Below, one piece after another: positions 32,901 to 44,385 of a stretch of 64,000 bases of DNA. The position numbers were made by a program, and so were the translations under genes. Location of the stretch: NCBI GenBank assembly GCA_963796275.1, contig CAWCKY010000006.1, positions 1,312,001-1,376,000 of the forward strand, given 5' to 3'. The notes beneath the pieces are model-generated. The model worked only from the letters and a program-made list of their open reading frames with translations. It ran no database searches and had not been told where the DNA came from. Origin of the DNA: an uncultured Acidobacteriota bacterium (GTDB lineage Bacteria; Acidobacteriota; Blastocatellia; RBC074). Each line of letters starts with the position of its first letter. Positions within the stretch are counted from its first letter, which is position 1.

Positions 32901-33612
32901 GCCCATATTCGGCCTGATAGTTCGAAGTGAGTATCTTAAACTCGGCGATGTTGTCGAGCACCAACGCTACGTGCAGCGACCCATTTGACCCAGTATCCAG
33001 ATTGGTCGTGCCGTCGACCGTCAGGTTGTGCTGGTTGGAGCGCGTTCCGTTGATGTTAAAACCACCCGCCCCGGCGGGTCCCGCCGTCTGAGCGTTGACG
33101 AAACTCACTATTCCCGGTGTGAGTTTGACCAGGTCGAGAAAGTTCCGCCCGTTGAGCGCGAGGTTTTCGACCTGTTCGCCGCTGACGATCTGGCTCTGTT
33201 CACCGCTCTCAGTCTTCACCAGCAATTGCGCGGCGTCAGCAGTCACCTCGACCGTGTCCCCGATCTGACCGATTTCCAGATTGATTATCCCCGTGGATTG
33301 CCGGTCGGCTACTGCTATAACGATCCCTGTTTTTACAAATTTTTTGAAACCTGCTCCTTCGATCGAAACCGTATAGTTGCCCGGTTGAAGCGTAGTAAAT
33401 GAGAAAGTTCCATCCGAACCGGTTTTCGTTTCGAGTTGAAAATTTCTGGATGAGTCAGAGACGGTAACTTTGGCGCCGGCGACGGCATTGTTTTGCGGGT
33501 CCTGCACCGCGCCGGTCAAGGTTGCGCTCGTCTGTGCTGCTATCGTTGTGGCGGACAGCAGCAGAGGAAGCAGGGAAGTCAGCATCCGCTTGATCGACAA
33601 TTTTGTCAGCAT
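29908..33612 (-). CDS. TonB-dependent receptor with carboxypeptidase-regulatory-like N-domain (Oar type)
   Basis: Signal peptide; LALNGRNFLDL, YQAEYGRSAG and TKGGTKNFHG motifs; C-terminal QLAVKIYF. Confidence 0.92.
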   Translation of the reverse strand: MLTKLSIKRMLTSLLPLLLSATTIAAQTSATLTGAVQDPQNNAVAGAKVTVSDSSRNFQLETKTGSDGTFSFTTLQPGNYTVSIEGAGFKKFVKTGIVIAVADRQSTGIINLEIGQIGDTVEVTADAAQLLVKTESGEQSQIVSGEQVENLALNGRNFLDLVKLTPGIVSFVNAQTAGPAGAGGFNINGTRSNQHNLTVDGTTNLDTGSNGSLHVALVLDNIAEFKILTSNYQAEYGRSAGGSVQIVTKGGTKNFHGTGYYFHRHEQFNANSFFNNSEGVRKDGYPNRPRNFYRYNYQGYNIGGPVLLPKNILKDKLFFFWSQDWQEQLLPQGARQSRVPTAAELNGDFSTTVDGNGNKIYIRDPRESGRCEATPNNPNQAINYQAACFPNNVIPVDRFDPNGVAILRKFNSFANTDAGFPLFNHQSQLSVSYPRREYNIRLDYNMTENTRAFIRYTRDSEVQVMPYGLGWTGGNNQIPLDNLVFKQAPAWNSALNITTTLSPTLTNEFIFGASMNTLTLDPSNKDAATYAGLGFNFGLPYAYPATQFINISFGGTPTQNFAGSAGYAQFPYKNTNPLFDFYDNVSKVWGTHTAKAGIYVQRNRKDTPAGGSLSIAFSNNINNPNNAGHPYANALLGNFDSLSEPTRPIYQVQFRYTNVEWYLQDNWKATRRLTLDYGMRFTWFQPQYDQRMASAFFVPERYDPSKAVSLYTPIMVDGQRRAVDPSGNTLPSNYIGLIVPGSGDPANGMLEDSKGFMRGGFENRGVQFGPAFGFAFDVFGNQKTVVRGGYRIAYDRVSNNNVILAAAARPPILYTPRFEFGSLNTVGANASAGQVAFGTSGVFGVDPKGYIPNVQSFSFQVQQDLGFDTVLSVGYVGTLSRHLPEDINLNAIPYGALFTKEAQDPSRFPGNQIPEMEDGLPQVYRDAGLKFSGQLALPADLLRRYPGYNTVQYKTFGGSSNYHSLQVTAQRRFRQGLTFGLAYTWSKALGTASDAEGNFINIVCSRCYDYRLLSFDRKHTLVVNYLYDLPKSRINNRLIKGVLNGWQITGVSQFMSGQPLELGYGIPDINTSQRISGSWTEGPRPIITGDAQPAINRERAFDYTKIAMPNINPGPQPRSTIRRPGLNLTDLSLFKNIPLGGDSARYIQLRMEAFNVFNQAQFDNFNAGLTFNVAGDFMNYRANQQGSSSSLRNLRGGANSPITGPLGRATQEFNGQPGFVSGNRVVQLAVKIYF

Positions 33613-33773
33613 ATTTTCTCTCCGGTTCGATAACGCACGTGAGTAGAAGCGCGCGTAGCGAGATGAATTTTATTCGTACTGTGCGTGTGATGACCACGCG
33701 TGAAAGAATGATCTGCAATCAATTGCCGCCGGTGTAAGGCCGGCATCCCCAATGGGTTAATGTGGCTGGCGAC

Positions 33774-33802
33774 ATTATTGGCGGAGTATGAGAGTGTGTC
33801 AA
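33774..33802 (-). promoter_or_regulatory. Putative sigma70 promoter of the TonB receptor
   Basis: Minus strand TTGACA-17 bp-AATAAT, about 160 bp upstream of the ATG. Confidence 0.55.
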
Positions 33803-34152
33803 GATTTCTGGGGGGATAGCGGATCAGGGGGGAAGGGGGGCACACCTCAAAAAATCACATACAGGCAGAAAAACACGATAGAAGTTATGCCGGAGACGCA
33901 AAAATTATTTCTTTGAATTTTGATTGTTTGTAATTTTGTGGAGAATATTCATTGTCTTTCTATAAGGGTGAGTATCTAAGGTGGGCGCGATCGGCGACAA
34001 TTCTGCAACGCATTGATGGGCGTTCCCGTCTTTGCCAAGGGCCAAATACCAAAGGTCAAATTGGTTAGTGATTCGTTTTGGGTTTTAAAAACCCTGGTTT
34101 AGAAGGATGCTACAACCGTTTTCCGATATAATAGATTTTAGGATAAATATTT

Positions 34153-37100
34153 ATGCAGAAGTTGGCTGAAATTTGTATTCGCCGTCCTGTCTTTGCGGCG
34201 ATGATCGTTCTCGCTCTCGTTGTTGTCGGGACCGACAGTTATTTCAAACTGGGCATCGACCGATTTCCAACAATTGATGTTCCGACGGTCTATATCCGAG
34301 CCACACTGCCGGGTGGAGCGCCGGAGGAGATGGAATCGACGGTTGCGCAGCCGATCGAGGAGGTCGTCAATCGTATCGAAGGACTGGACCAGATGCGTTC
34401 GGTTTCTCGCCAAGGACAAGCATTCGTCATTCTCACTTTCGATCTGGAGCGAAATATCGATGTGGCCGCGCAGGATGTGCGCGATCGCGTTCAATCGGTT
34501 CTGCGGGATCTTCCGCCGGGAACCGACCCGCCGATCATCAACAAATCGGACAACGATTCAAGGCCGGTCATGACGATCGCGGTTTCGGGTGATCGCTCGC
34601 AGCGCGAACTGGCGGAGTTCGCCGAAAATCGGATTAAGGTCGATCTGGAACGTTCGATAGGCGTTGGTGAGGTTTACGTCTCGGGCGGGCCGAGTCGCGC
34701 GATCAACGTCTGGGTCGATGCCGATCGGCTGGCAGCCTATCGACTGCCTATCACGACGGTGCGGGAGGCGCTCATACGGCAAAACGCCGACCTGCCGGGC
34801 GGCAATATTGATGCGGGACAACGCGAGCTTAGCTTGCGGACGATGGGCAAGATCATCGAGCCGAAGGATTTCAATGATCTCGTCGTAACCACGATCAACG
34901 GGTCGCCGATTCGCATTCGCGACCTGGGTTATGCCGAAGACGGGACGAAAGAGCAGCGTTCGATCTCACGCTTGAACGGCGTTCCTTCCGTTTCTCTCGG
35001 CATCATTCGCCAATCGGGCGCCAACACCATCGCCGTGATCGAAGGTATCAAGGAAAAGATGGGGCGGCTCCGGGAGCAGCTTCCGCCGGACATCAAGCTG
35101 GATGTCATCGAAGATCAATCGATGTACATCTACAACGCGCTGCACGAGATAAACACTCACCTCATACTGGGAAGTATCTTCGCTTCTCTGGTTGTCTTCG
35201 CTTTCATGCGATCGTGGCGCTCGACGATCATTGCCGCAATCGCAATTCCCACTTCGGTCGTTTCAACGTTCGGGCTCATGCGCGCGCTCGATTTCACGCT
35301 GAATAGCGTCACCATGCTGGCCCTCGTGCTCATGGTCGGCGTGGTTATCGACGATGCGATCGTCGTTCTCGAAAATATCTTCCGTTTCGTAGAGGAGAAG
35401 CGCTTGCCGCCGATGATCGCGGCGAGAGAGGCGACCAAAGAGATAGGTTTGGCTGTCACATCGACCACGATGTCGCTGGTGGTCATCTTTCTTCCGGTCG
35501 GATTCATAGCTCGATCTCCGGCCGCTTTCTTTTCCAGTTCGGATTTACTGCGGCCTTTGCCATCCTCATCAGTCTATTGGTCTCGTTCACGCTGACGCCG
35601 ATGATGAGCGCCCGCCTCCTGCGTCTCGATGACGCCAAATCGGGCATGCGGCATGCGGGGCATACGGGGCATGCGGGGCATACGGGGCCGGCTGGAGCTG
35701 CGGCATCGCGAAAGGGCTTCTACTCCTATATCGACCGCACATACACGTGGCTGTTGCATCTGGTATTGCGACACCGGTTGATCGTTTCGGCCCTGGTTCT
35801 CGTAGTTATCTCTTCATCGGTCTTTCTCTACCAGCAAATCCGCCAGGAATACATCCCGACCAACGTTGACGAAGCGGAATTTACGGTAAACCTAGAAGCG
35901 CCCGAAGGCTCCAGTCTGGCGGCGATGAATGAAGCGATGCAGGCGGTCGAAAACGATTTGAAGGATATGCCGGAAGTGCGGCTGATGCTGGCTTCCGCCG
36001 GCGGCGGCAGCGGGTTTTCCTCGCGGGTCAACAGCGGCGAAATCTACATCCGAATTCCACCCCACGAAGAGCGGACGATAAACATGGCCAAGTTCTGGAC
36101 TTGCCTCAAGCGCGGCGAGCCGCTGGGGGTCTTCCGGGGAAATTATGCGGCGTCGGATGTAATGCAAAAGATTCGCCAGCGGCTGAGAAAGTATCATCAC
36201 CTGACCCCCTCCGTTCGTAACCCGCGATCCATCAACCTCGGGACAGGGCCTTCGGAGATCGATTTCAGCCTGCGCGGCCCTGAGCTCAATATTCTCTATG
36301 ATAACGCTATCAAGCTGCGCGATTGGGGAAATGAGAATGGTCTCCTCGATCCTGAGATCACGCTCAAACTCGACAAACCGGAAGTACGAGTGAGGATCGA
36401 TCGCGTCCGCGCGGCCGACCTCGGCGTCGACACTACTGATATCGCGACTGCGTTGCGGTTGATGGTCGGCGGTGACGAGCGAGTCTCGCGATTTCGCGAT
36501 GAGACGCTCAACGAAGATTATGATGTCGAACTGCGGTTACAGCAGGGGGATCGCAACGATCAAGCGACGATCTCACGGCTTTTCGTGCCATCGAGCGACG
36601 CCGGTTTGGTGCGCCTCGACAATCTGGTCACCCTGGAAGAGACCACTTCTCCTTCGCGTATTGACCGGCTCGATCGCCAGCGTGTTATAGGTGTGCGGTC
36701 ATCGATCGCAGAGGGCTATGGTATGGCCGATAGAATGCAGGCGATGAGAGAGAAGTTTGCCGATTTAGGGCTGCCGCCGGAGTACAACTTGGCGGTTGGC
36801 GGACGCGGGCGTGAACTCGAGCGTACATTCACCGAATTCATCCTCGCATTCCTGCTTTCGATCGCGTTTATGTACATGATCCTCGCGTCGCAGTTCGAGA
36901 GCGTCATTCACCCGATTACGATCCTGCTCAGTCTGCCGATCTCCGTACCGTTCGCGCTGCTCTCGCTCTGGTTAACGGATAACACGCTGAACCTATATTC
37001 CGCGCTGGGCATTCTGGTCCTTTTCGGGGTGGTCAAGAAGAACTCGATCCTGCAGATCGATCACACGCTCAACTTGTTACGCAGTGGAATGGAACGCCAT

Positions 37101-37430
37101 GAAGCCATACTGCAGGCTAACCGCGACCGGTTGCGTCCGATACTTATGACAACCCTCGCCCTGGTGGCAGGCATGCTGCCGCTCGCGCTCGGGACCGGGC
37201 CCGGTGCCGAAGAGCGTCGCTCGATCGCTATTGTGGTTATCGGCGGACAGAGCCTGTCTTTGTTGCTGACGTTGCTTGCGACGCCGGTGGCCTATTCCAT
37301 CTTCGATGACATCAGCGCCTGGACGCGCCGGCGAGCGTTTGCGCGAAATTCTGCCGCACCGGGTGAGCGAATGAGCGATAAAGACACTGTCACCAAAGCC
37401 GGCACAGCTCACACTGAAGTTGGTGATTAG
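34153..37430 (+). CDS. RND efflux permease (AcrB/MdtB/C-like), with one frameshift
   Basis: GVVIDDAIVVLENI, VSFTLTPMM, GVVKKNSIL and RLRPILMT motifs. Restoring one G after 35507 (TTC ATG AGC) gives a continuous FMSSISGRFLFQFG. Confidence 0.9.
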
Positions 37431-37995
37431 TTTTCAGCTTTAGGGTTTTCAGGTTTCGGATCTGTCAAAGGTAAATACTGTCAACAACCTCCGGCTCTCA
37501 ACCGTCACTGATGCGACTGGACAAACACACCTGTCTACCGAGGATTGAAACAGACGCCTCAGGCCGGTTTACCAGGCTTTCCCGCGGGGCAGATAGGCCC
37601 CAGCCGTTTGACGGCTGGTAGATTGAAGGATATATCCTTAAGTCGTTACGCGACGAAGATAGACATTTCGTTGGATCTCACGGGCTAAACTTATATCGGC
37701 ATTTCGGCGAAAACCCGCGGCTTTCTAAATTCACCCGCACGAAACGAGTAGACCTACCTACTTAATACCGGAAAATACTGGCAATATCGCAAAATGGTCC
37801 CCGGCGTATGACACTGCCCCGGACCGCCATTAACTTACTGAAATTTAAATAAAGGTCCGTCCCGGATGTGGGAAAGGGGAATAAAAAGAAATAGAATCTG
37901 TTTGCCCAAGTTTTATATGTGACATATGACACACGCCTATTTTTATGCTAAAACTTTAAACACTTGCCCTCAATCTATGCATAGATAAATCCGGC

Positions 37996-38814
37996 ATGTT
38001 TAATTTTCTCCAACTTCTTGCTTCAACAATTCTATATCGCCCTTATGTATTCATTTTTTTTGGATGTTTTCTATTCATAGCCATCACCACGATAGGATGG
38101 AGGAGGACGATAGTTTTCACGGGGACGGCATATACGATAGCGTTCATCTGTGAGTGGAGTTCAGCAGTGGCGGGCACGGGAATTCCTTTCGGCCTCTATC
38201 ATTATATTCCTGCCACTATAGGGAAAGAGCTTTGGATAGCGGGGGTGCCCTTCATGGACTCGCTTTCTTTCACCTTTCTCTCCTATATCAGCTGGGAACT
38301 GTCTTCGCTATTACTCGGCGAACTGAAGGCGAGCCAGGGAGACTTGCAGATAGTCAACGGTGAACAGACCAGAAAAACGTGGCCGGCGGCTTTCCTCGCA
38401 TCATTTCTGATGATGTATCTAGACATCATCATCGATCCGGTGGCTCTACGCGGTGATCGCTGGTTCCTCGGGAAAATTTATTACTATCCCGACGGAGGGG
38501 TATACTTCGGGGTTACCCTAGCCAACTTCATCGGGTGGTATATTGTTTGTTTCGTCATTATCCGAATCAATCTCTTATTGGAAAGAATCGTTTTTGCCAA
38601 GACAAAAACTCTTTCAGCCGGTGTGCGCGCTTATCGTTACAAGGCGCTGGGTCCTGTCGGACTCTACCTGGGCATCCTCGGATTCAACTTGTTTATGACA
38701 TTCTGGATCGGCGAGTTGCTCCTGGGTATTGTAGGCGTGATAGTCATAATGCCTTTAGCAGTTATGGTAATGCTGGCTATACACACGAATCGAGTTCAAC
38801 TGAATGCTTGCTGA
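37996..38814 (+). CDS. Carotenoid biosynthesis membrane protein (CruF/DUF422-like)
   Basis: Multi-TM; TGIPFGLYHY, LDIIIDPVA and YFGVTLANFIGW motifs. Confidence 0.75.
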   Translation: MFNFLQLLASTILYRPYVFIFFGCFLFIAITTIGWRRTIVFTGTAYTIAFICEWSSAVAGTGIPFGLYHYIPATIGKELWIAGVPFMDSLSFTFLSYISWELSSLLLGELKASQGDLQIVNGEQTRKTWPAAFLASFLMMYLDIIIDPVALRGDRWFLGKIYYYPDGGVYFGVTLANFIGWYIVCFVIIRINLLLERIVFAKTKTLSAGVRAYRYKALGPVGLYLGILGFNLFMTFWIGELLLGIVGVIVIMPLAVMVMLAIHTNRVQLNAC

Positions 38815-38827
38815 GGATAAATATTAA

Positions 38828-39568
38828 GTGAGAGAAACCGGATTAAATCCATTGTTATTACCCGTGGTCTTCGCTCAGGGGCTCTGGGTGAAGCGCGTCA
38901 CTCCGCGTCTGCCCGATGCTGCAGGACCTAATGAAGGGATTGTGACGGGTACGACCCCGACTTTCAGGTTGATTATGCTCGGCGAATCGACGGTGGCGGG
39001 CATCGGCGCGCCGACGCACGAATTCGCGTTGACCGGGCAGACGGCGAAAGCTTTCGCGCGACTGAGCGGACGCGCAGTCCATTGGGTGGCGCTCGGACGT
39101 TCAGGGGCAAATGCGCGAATCGCGCTTGCCGAGCTCGCGCCGAAACTGGCAGGCAGACGAGCGGATGCCGTCGTCATTGCGCTCGGAGTCAACGATACGA
39201 CGGGACTTAACAGCGTAAAGCGGTGGAAAGAGGATATTCGTAAACTAATAGTCGCTATCCGCAAAGAGCTGGGAGACGTAAGGATCATCATTTCAGGGCC
39301 GCCCCCGCTCGGCTCATTTCCCGCATTCCCGAATCTTCTCAGGCTTTTTCTCGGGTCCAGGTCGAGGTTGCTCGATCAGGGATTGTCGCAACTCGCGCCG
39401 ACGATGCATAACATCGTGCATGCACCGATGATCAAGGAACTGCACGATCGTCATTTTTGCGAAGATAAATTTCATCCGAGCACTGCAGGTTATACCGCGT
39501 GGGGTGAGTATCTGAGCCATTACATCTCGGAAAATAGCGGGCAGTGGGCAGCTGGCGGCAGGCAGTGA
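38828..39568 (+). CDS. SGNH/GDSL hydrolase
   Basis: LGEST (block I), GRSGA, LGVND and DKFHPS motifs. Confidence 0.88.
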   Translation: MRETGLNPLLLPVVFAQGLWVKRVTPRLPDAAGPNEGIVTGTTPTFRLIMLGESTVAGIGAPTHEFALTGQTAKAFARLSGRAVHWVALGRSGANARIALAELAPKLAGRRADAVVIALGVNDTTGLNSVKRWKEDIRKLIVAIRKELGDVRIIISGPPPLGSFPAFPNLLRLFLGSRSRLLDQGLSQLAPTMHNIVHAPMIKELHDRHFCEDKFHPSTAGYTAWGEYLSHYISENSGQWAAGGRQ

Positions 39569-39622
39569 TGATCATTTACCGGCCGACCGTCTCATCGACC
39601 ATTTGTCCAGAGGAACTATTCG

Positions 39623-40792
39623 ATGTTCGTCACCAATCTAGAATGCTCGAAAACCGGCAACACCTGCGAGCCGAACAGGCTCTATAATCTTTCGGATGCG
39701 GGATATCCGCTGCTCGTCCGCTATGATCTTCGAGAAGCAGCGAAGACCCTCACGAAGAATAGCCTTAAGGGGCGTGTGGCATCGCTCTGGCGTTACCGTG
39801 AAGTCTTGCCGGTCGTCGATGATGGCAACATAGTCACACTCGGTGAAGGCTGGACACCACTAGTTCACGCGCATCGACTCGGCGGGAGCTTGCGGATGCG
39901 CGAGCTCTACATCAAGGACGAATCGGTCAATCCGACAGGGGCATTCAAAGCTCGCGGTTTATGCCTGGCTGTTTCAATGGCCAGGGAGCTGGGAGTCAAG
40001 AAAGTTGCTATTCCTTCGGCGGGAAACGCGGCAGGGGCGATGGCCGCTTATGCGGCGCGCGCGGGTATGGAGGCGCATATCTTCATGCCTCGGGACACGC
40101 CGGCGGCGAACCGCATCGAGTGCGTTGAAATGGGCGCTCACGTCACTCTGCTCGATGGTTTGATCACGGACTGCGGCGCGGAGGTAGCGCGGCGCAAAGG
40201 GGCCGAAGGATGGTTTGACGTATCGACTCTCAAGGAGCCGTATAGGGTCGAGGGGAAAAAGACCCTGGGCTACGAGCTGGCCGAACAATTCGATTGGGAG
40301 CTGCCGGACGTCATTTTATATCCGACCGGAGGCGGAACGGGCCTCATCGGGATGTGGAAGGCCTTCGACGAGATGGAACAGATGGGCTGGATAGGCGGCG
40401 CACGGCCCGCGAATGGTAGACGGTGCAGGCGGATGGCTGCGCTCCCATCGTTCGCGCTTTTGAGAACGGCTGGGACGATGCGCCAGAGATTTGAAAACGC
40501 ATCGACTGTCGCATCGGGACTCCGCGTTCCGCGCGCTATCGGAGATTTCATTATGCTCGAGATATTGCGAAAAAGCCGTGGCGGTGCGGTCGCCGTAACG
40601 GATGAGGAGATGATCGCGGCGGCGCGCGAGATCGGCTCCGCAGAAGGAATATTTTGTGCGCCTGAGGGAGCGGCGTGTCTGCCTGCGCTTCGGAAATTGG
40701 TAGATCGGGGAGAGGTTACAGAAGCGGAGCGCGTGGTGTTGTTCAATACCGGCGCCGGCATTAAATATCTGGAGGCTTTTTCCGGATCTTGA
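39623..40792 (+). CDS. thrC: Threonine synthase-like PLP enzyme, with three compensating +1 insertions
   Basis: [35 protein letters not shown] and FNTG motifs. The expected [18 protein letters not shown] is present in shifted frames at 40406-40489. Confidence 0.8.
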   Translation: MFVTNLECSKTGNTCEPNRLYNLSDAGYPLLVRYDLREAAKTLTKNSLKGRVASLWRYREVLPVVDDGNIVTLGEGWTPLVHAHRLGGSLRMRELYIKDESVNPTGAFKARGLCLAVSMARELGVKKVAIPSAGNAAGAMAAYAARAGMEAHIFMPRDTPAANRIECVEMGAHVTLLDGLITDCGAEVARRKGAEGWFDVSTLKEPYRVEGKKTLGYELAEQFDWELPDVILYPTGGGTGLIGMWKAFDEMEQMGWIGGARPANGRRCRRMAALPSFALLRTAGTMRQRFENASTVASGLRVPRAIGDFIMLEILRKSRGGAVAVTDEEMIAAAREIGSAEGIFCAPEGAACLPALRKLVDRGEVTEAERVVLFNTGAGIKYLEAFSGS

Positions 40793-40801
40793 TGTAAAGA
40801 C

Positions 40802-40953
40802 TGGCCACGAAGAAAACATTGTTACAAGTCCACGGAGCAAGGGGGAGAACCTCCCGGGATTGATACAGATGCGGGCATCGGTATTCCCAGGCTCCCGGCA
40901 ATCTGTCTCCAGGGCTTCGCTTATACAATTCGATTCCTGTGCCTCTGTGGCCA
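40802..40953. repeat. Degenerate inverted element (TGGCCAC...GTGCCTCTGTGGCCA)
   Basis: Terminal inverted TGGCCAC/GTGGCCA; resembles CCACAGAGGCACAG-type intergenic repeats. Confidence 0.4.
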
Positions 40954-41035
40954 AAGGATTGCGGATTATTTACCTCTCTTGGCATAATGTCACTGCTCAA
41001 TCCACTAGATTCAGGCAAGGAGGACCATACCAAAA

Positions 41036-42491
41036 ATGAGGGACATCTATCGTCGATCAATGACTCGCCGTGAGTTGATCTTTCGTGCGGGAACTGGATT
41101 TGGCGGGCTCGCGCTTACTAGTTTACTCAGCGGTGATGGGCTGCTTGCGGCTTCACAGGGAGAAAGCGACGACTCGAAACAGCGCCGCATAAATCCGCTG
41201 GCTGCGAAGCAACCTCACTTCAAGGAGCGCGCGAAGTCGGTGATCTTTCTCTTTATGTACGGTGGGCCGAGCCATGTCCGACCTGCTCGACCCCAAACCG
41301 GAGCTCATACGCAATCATGGCAAACCGATGACCGGGAAGGGGGAGATAGATGTTTTCTTCGGCAACCCCGGCAATTTGATGGCCTCGCCGTACAAGTTCA
41401 AAAAACACGGCGGGTGCGGCACTGAGGTCTCTGAGCTTTACCCCAACCTGGCTGAATGCGTCGACGATCTATGTCTGATTCGATCGCTCTACTCCACCAG
41501 CAATAACCATTCGCCCGCGATATTCCACATGAATAGCGGCAATATGCGACCGGGGAATCCGAGCCTGGGTTCGTGGGTAACTTATGGGTTAGGCAGCTTC
41601 AACGACAACCTGCCGTCTTACATCGTCATGTACGATTGGCGAGGAGGACCGATTGGAGGCGCGCCCAACTGGAGTTCGGGTTTCATGCCCGCCGCATTTC
41701 AGGGGACGGCGTTTCGTTCCGGCAGCGTTCCGATCGTCGATCTGAACCCGCCCAAATGGGTCGATCCGCATTTGCAACGCGCCCAGATCGATTTCGTTCA
41801 AAAACTGAACCAGGACCACTTGGAGAAACACGCGGGAAATTCCGATCTCGATGCCCGCATCGCATCTTACGAACTCGCATTTCAGATGCAAACACACGCG
41901 CCGGAGGCTGTCGATATATCGAAAGAGTCGGAGGCCACCAAGAAGCTCTACGGGGTCGGCGAAAAGACGACCGATCACTTCGGACGCCAGTGTTTGATCG
42001 CTCGCCGGCTGGTCGAGCGCGGCGTGCGATTCATTCAACTATACAGCGGCGGCGGTCATCAGCAGGAATCCTGGGATGCGCATTACGGTCTGGACGAGAA
42101 CCATCGGTTGCATTGCGCTGAGACAGACAAGCCGATGGCTGGGTTGATCAAAGATTTGAAAGCACGAGGGTTGCTCGATTCGACTCTGGTTGTCTGGGGC
42201 GGAGAGTTCGGCCGCATGCCGATTTCCCAGTCGGCGATCGGACGCGATCACAATCCGCACGGGTTCACCATGTGGCTCACCGGCGGAGGGATCAAGGGCG
42301 GCCATGTGATCGGGGCGACCGATGAATTCGGTTATAAGGCGGTCGTGGAACCATACTCGGTCCACGACATGCACGCGACGATTTTGCATGCTATGGGACT
42401 CGATCATCGAAAGCTGAATTATTACTATGGCGGAAGAGATCAGCGCCTGACGAACTTCGGCGGGGACCCAATTCTCAAAGTATTCGCATAG
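41036..42491 (+). CDS. DUF1501 family (sulfatase-like) Tat protein, with one frameshift
   Basis: TRRE leader; VIFLFMYGGPSHV-DLLDPKP (extra C at 41279), LVERGVRFIQ, WDAH and GEFGRMP motifs. Confidence 0.88.
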
Positions 42492-42499
42492 GAACCAAG

Positions 42500-42594
42500 T
42501 CATTTTCCGTTTTCCAATTGTCATTTTCCCATTGTCATTCACCGTTTGCCATTCCAATGACAAACGGTCAATGGCAATGGAAAATGGCAAATGA
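42500..42594. repeat. Inverted element with heptamer-like arms, (CATTTTC/CATTGTC)n ... (AATGGAA/AATGGCA)n
   Basis: CATTTTCC...ATTGTCATT left arm and AATGACAA...AATGGAAAATGGCAAATG right arm. Confidence 0.65.
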
Positions 42595-42595
42595 T

Positions 42596-43267
42596 ATGAG
42601 AGCTCTTGATGATTCATTTTGGCATTGGAAGTTTGAGCCCGAGCAGATGGACAGGCTGTGGGCGCGTGGATGGCGCCATTTCGGCGCCTACTTCTTTCGC
42701 TATTCAATGGCGCTCCACTGGGGCGGGATCAATACGGTCACGCCTCTGCGAGTCGATCTGGCGAATTTCTCGTTCACTCGCAGCCAGAAACGAATCATTG
42801 CGAAGAATCGTGATGTCGAGGTCGTCATCCGCGAGACGTTCATAGACGAGACCAAGGAGAATCTGTTCCACCGCCATTGCAAGCGATTTAAAGACAATAT
42901 CCCCGATTCAATCTACGATTTCCTCACGGAAGAGCCGGCGACCGTCCCGTGCCGAAACCATGAGATCAGCGTTTATGATGGCGACGAACTGATCGCCGTA
43001 AGTTTTCTAGACGTGGGAAGCGAGGCCACATCGGCCGTTTATGCGATGTTCGAGCCGTCGGTATCGCGGCGCAGTCCGGGGATTTTCACAATGCTCGAAG
43101 CTATCCGTTATTCGCGGGAGCTTGGCTGCCGTTACTACTATCCTGGCTATGCTTATCGCGAAACTTCTCTGTACGATTACAAAAAGAATTTTTCGGGGCT
43201 TGAATATTTGGATTGGGATGCTGGCTGGCAACAATATACGAAAGATAATGGCTATAAACATCTATGA
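42596..43267 (+). CDS. bpt: Bacterial aminoacyl-tRNA-protein transferase (ATE1-like Bpt family)
   Basis: GWRHFG, TRSQKRI, SAVYAMFEP, PGIFTML and YYYPGY...YDYK motifs. Confidence 0.75.
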   Translation: MRALDDSFWHWKFEPEQMDRLWARGWRHFGAYFFRYSMALHWGGINTVTPLRVDLANFSFTRSQKRIIAKNRDVEVVIRETFIDETKENLFHRHCKRFKDNIPDSIYDFLTEEPATVPCRNHEISVYDGDELIAVSFLDVGSEATSAVYAMFEPSVSRRSPGIFTMLEAIRYSRELGCRYYYPGYAYRETSLYDYKKNFSGLEYLDWDAGWQQYTKDNGYKHL

Positions 43268-44253
43268 AAAAATTGCGTTGGGGCATTTTAAGCACATCAA
43301 ATTTCGCACTCACTAAAATCATACCCGCTCTCAAAAACTGCAAACACGCTGAAGTTACGGCAATTGCATCGCGCGAACTGCAAAAGGCGAAGAGAGTTGC
43401 GCAGGAGCAGGGAATAGCCAGGGCTTACGGGTCATATGAAGAGCTGCTGGCCGATCCTGAAATCGAGGTGATTTATAATCCCTTGCCGAATCACATGCAC
43501 GTCCCCTGGTCGATCAAGGCGATTGCAGCCGGCAAGCACGTGCTGTGCGAAAAACCGATCGCATTGAGTTCCGCGGAAGCGCAATTGCTGCTTAATGAAG
43601 CGAAGTTGCACTCCAGCCGAAAAGTGATGGAGGCTTTCATGTATCGCCATCACCCGCAATGGCAGCGTGCGAAGCAGATAGTTCGGGAAGGTAAGATCGG
43701 CGAGTTGAAAACGATCCAGTCATTCTTCTCATACTTCAATACCAACGCGGACAACATTCGGAATATTGCCGATGTGGGCGGCGGCGGGATGATGGATATC
43801 GGCTGCTACAACGTCTCGCTTTCGCGATTTATCTTCGATGCCGAGCCGCAGCGCGTGCTGGGATTGCTGGAATACGATCCAGAGTTCAAGACCGACCGCA
43901 TAGCCTCAGGCATTTTGGATTTCGGGCGAGGTACTTCTACATTCACCTGCTCGACTCAGCTATCGCCATATCAGAGAGTCAACATCTTCGGCACTGAAGG
44001 CCGCGTCGAGATCGAGATACCTTTCAATGCTCCGCCCGATCGACCGTGCCGCATCTGGCATAAATATGGTAATGAGATTGATGAGATAGGGTTTGCAGTC
44101 TGCGATCAATATACGATCGAGGGCGATCTATTCTCCCAGGCAGTGATGAACGATACCCCGGTGCCCACGCCGCTCGAAGATGCGGTGGCCAATATGAGAG
44201 TGATCGAAGCGATATTCGAGAGCGGCAAAAAAGGAGCGTTTCTGCCTCTTTGA
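43264..44253 (+). CDS. Gfo/Idh/MocA oxidoreductase
   Basis: LRWGILS, YNPLPNHMH, GKHVLCEKP, MEAFMYRHHPQ and GGGMMDIGCY motifs. Confidence 0.93.
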   Translation: MKKLRWGILSTSNFALTKIIPALKNCKHAEVTAIASRELQKAKRVAQEQGIARAYGSYEELLADPEIEVIYNPLPNHMHVPWSIKAIAAGKHVLCEKPIALSSAEAQLLLNEAKLHSSRKVMEAFMYRHHPQWQRAKQIVREGKIGELKTIQSFFSYFNTNADNIRNIADVGGGGMMDIGCYNVSLSRFIFDAEPQRVLGLLEYDPEFKTDRIASGILDFGRGTSTFTCSTQLSPYQRVNIFGTEGRVEIEIPFNAPPDRPCRIWHKYGNEIDEIGFAVCDQYTIEGDLFSQAVMNDTPVPTPLEDAVANMRVIEAIFESGKKGAFLPL

Positions 44254-44385
44254 AGGCTAATGGAAGACCGAGCGACCGGGCGAGAAATTCGCTCGTCGCC
44301 TTATGGTTCTGCCTTTTGCGTGCCGAGTATCCCACATCCTGCTTTATCGGTTCTGTTACACGTACTCTAGCGAAAAGGGAATTCA

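Noticed and set aside
37515-37551. Orphan CRISPR repeat ending GGATTGAAAC
   Set aside because: Single copy only; the next GATTGAA about 78 bp on shares no upstream similarity.
42518-42595. N-terminal extension of Bpt (SFSHCHSPFAIPMTNGQWQWKM)
   Set aside because: Translation of the heptamer inverted repeat; the real start is likely 42596.
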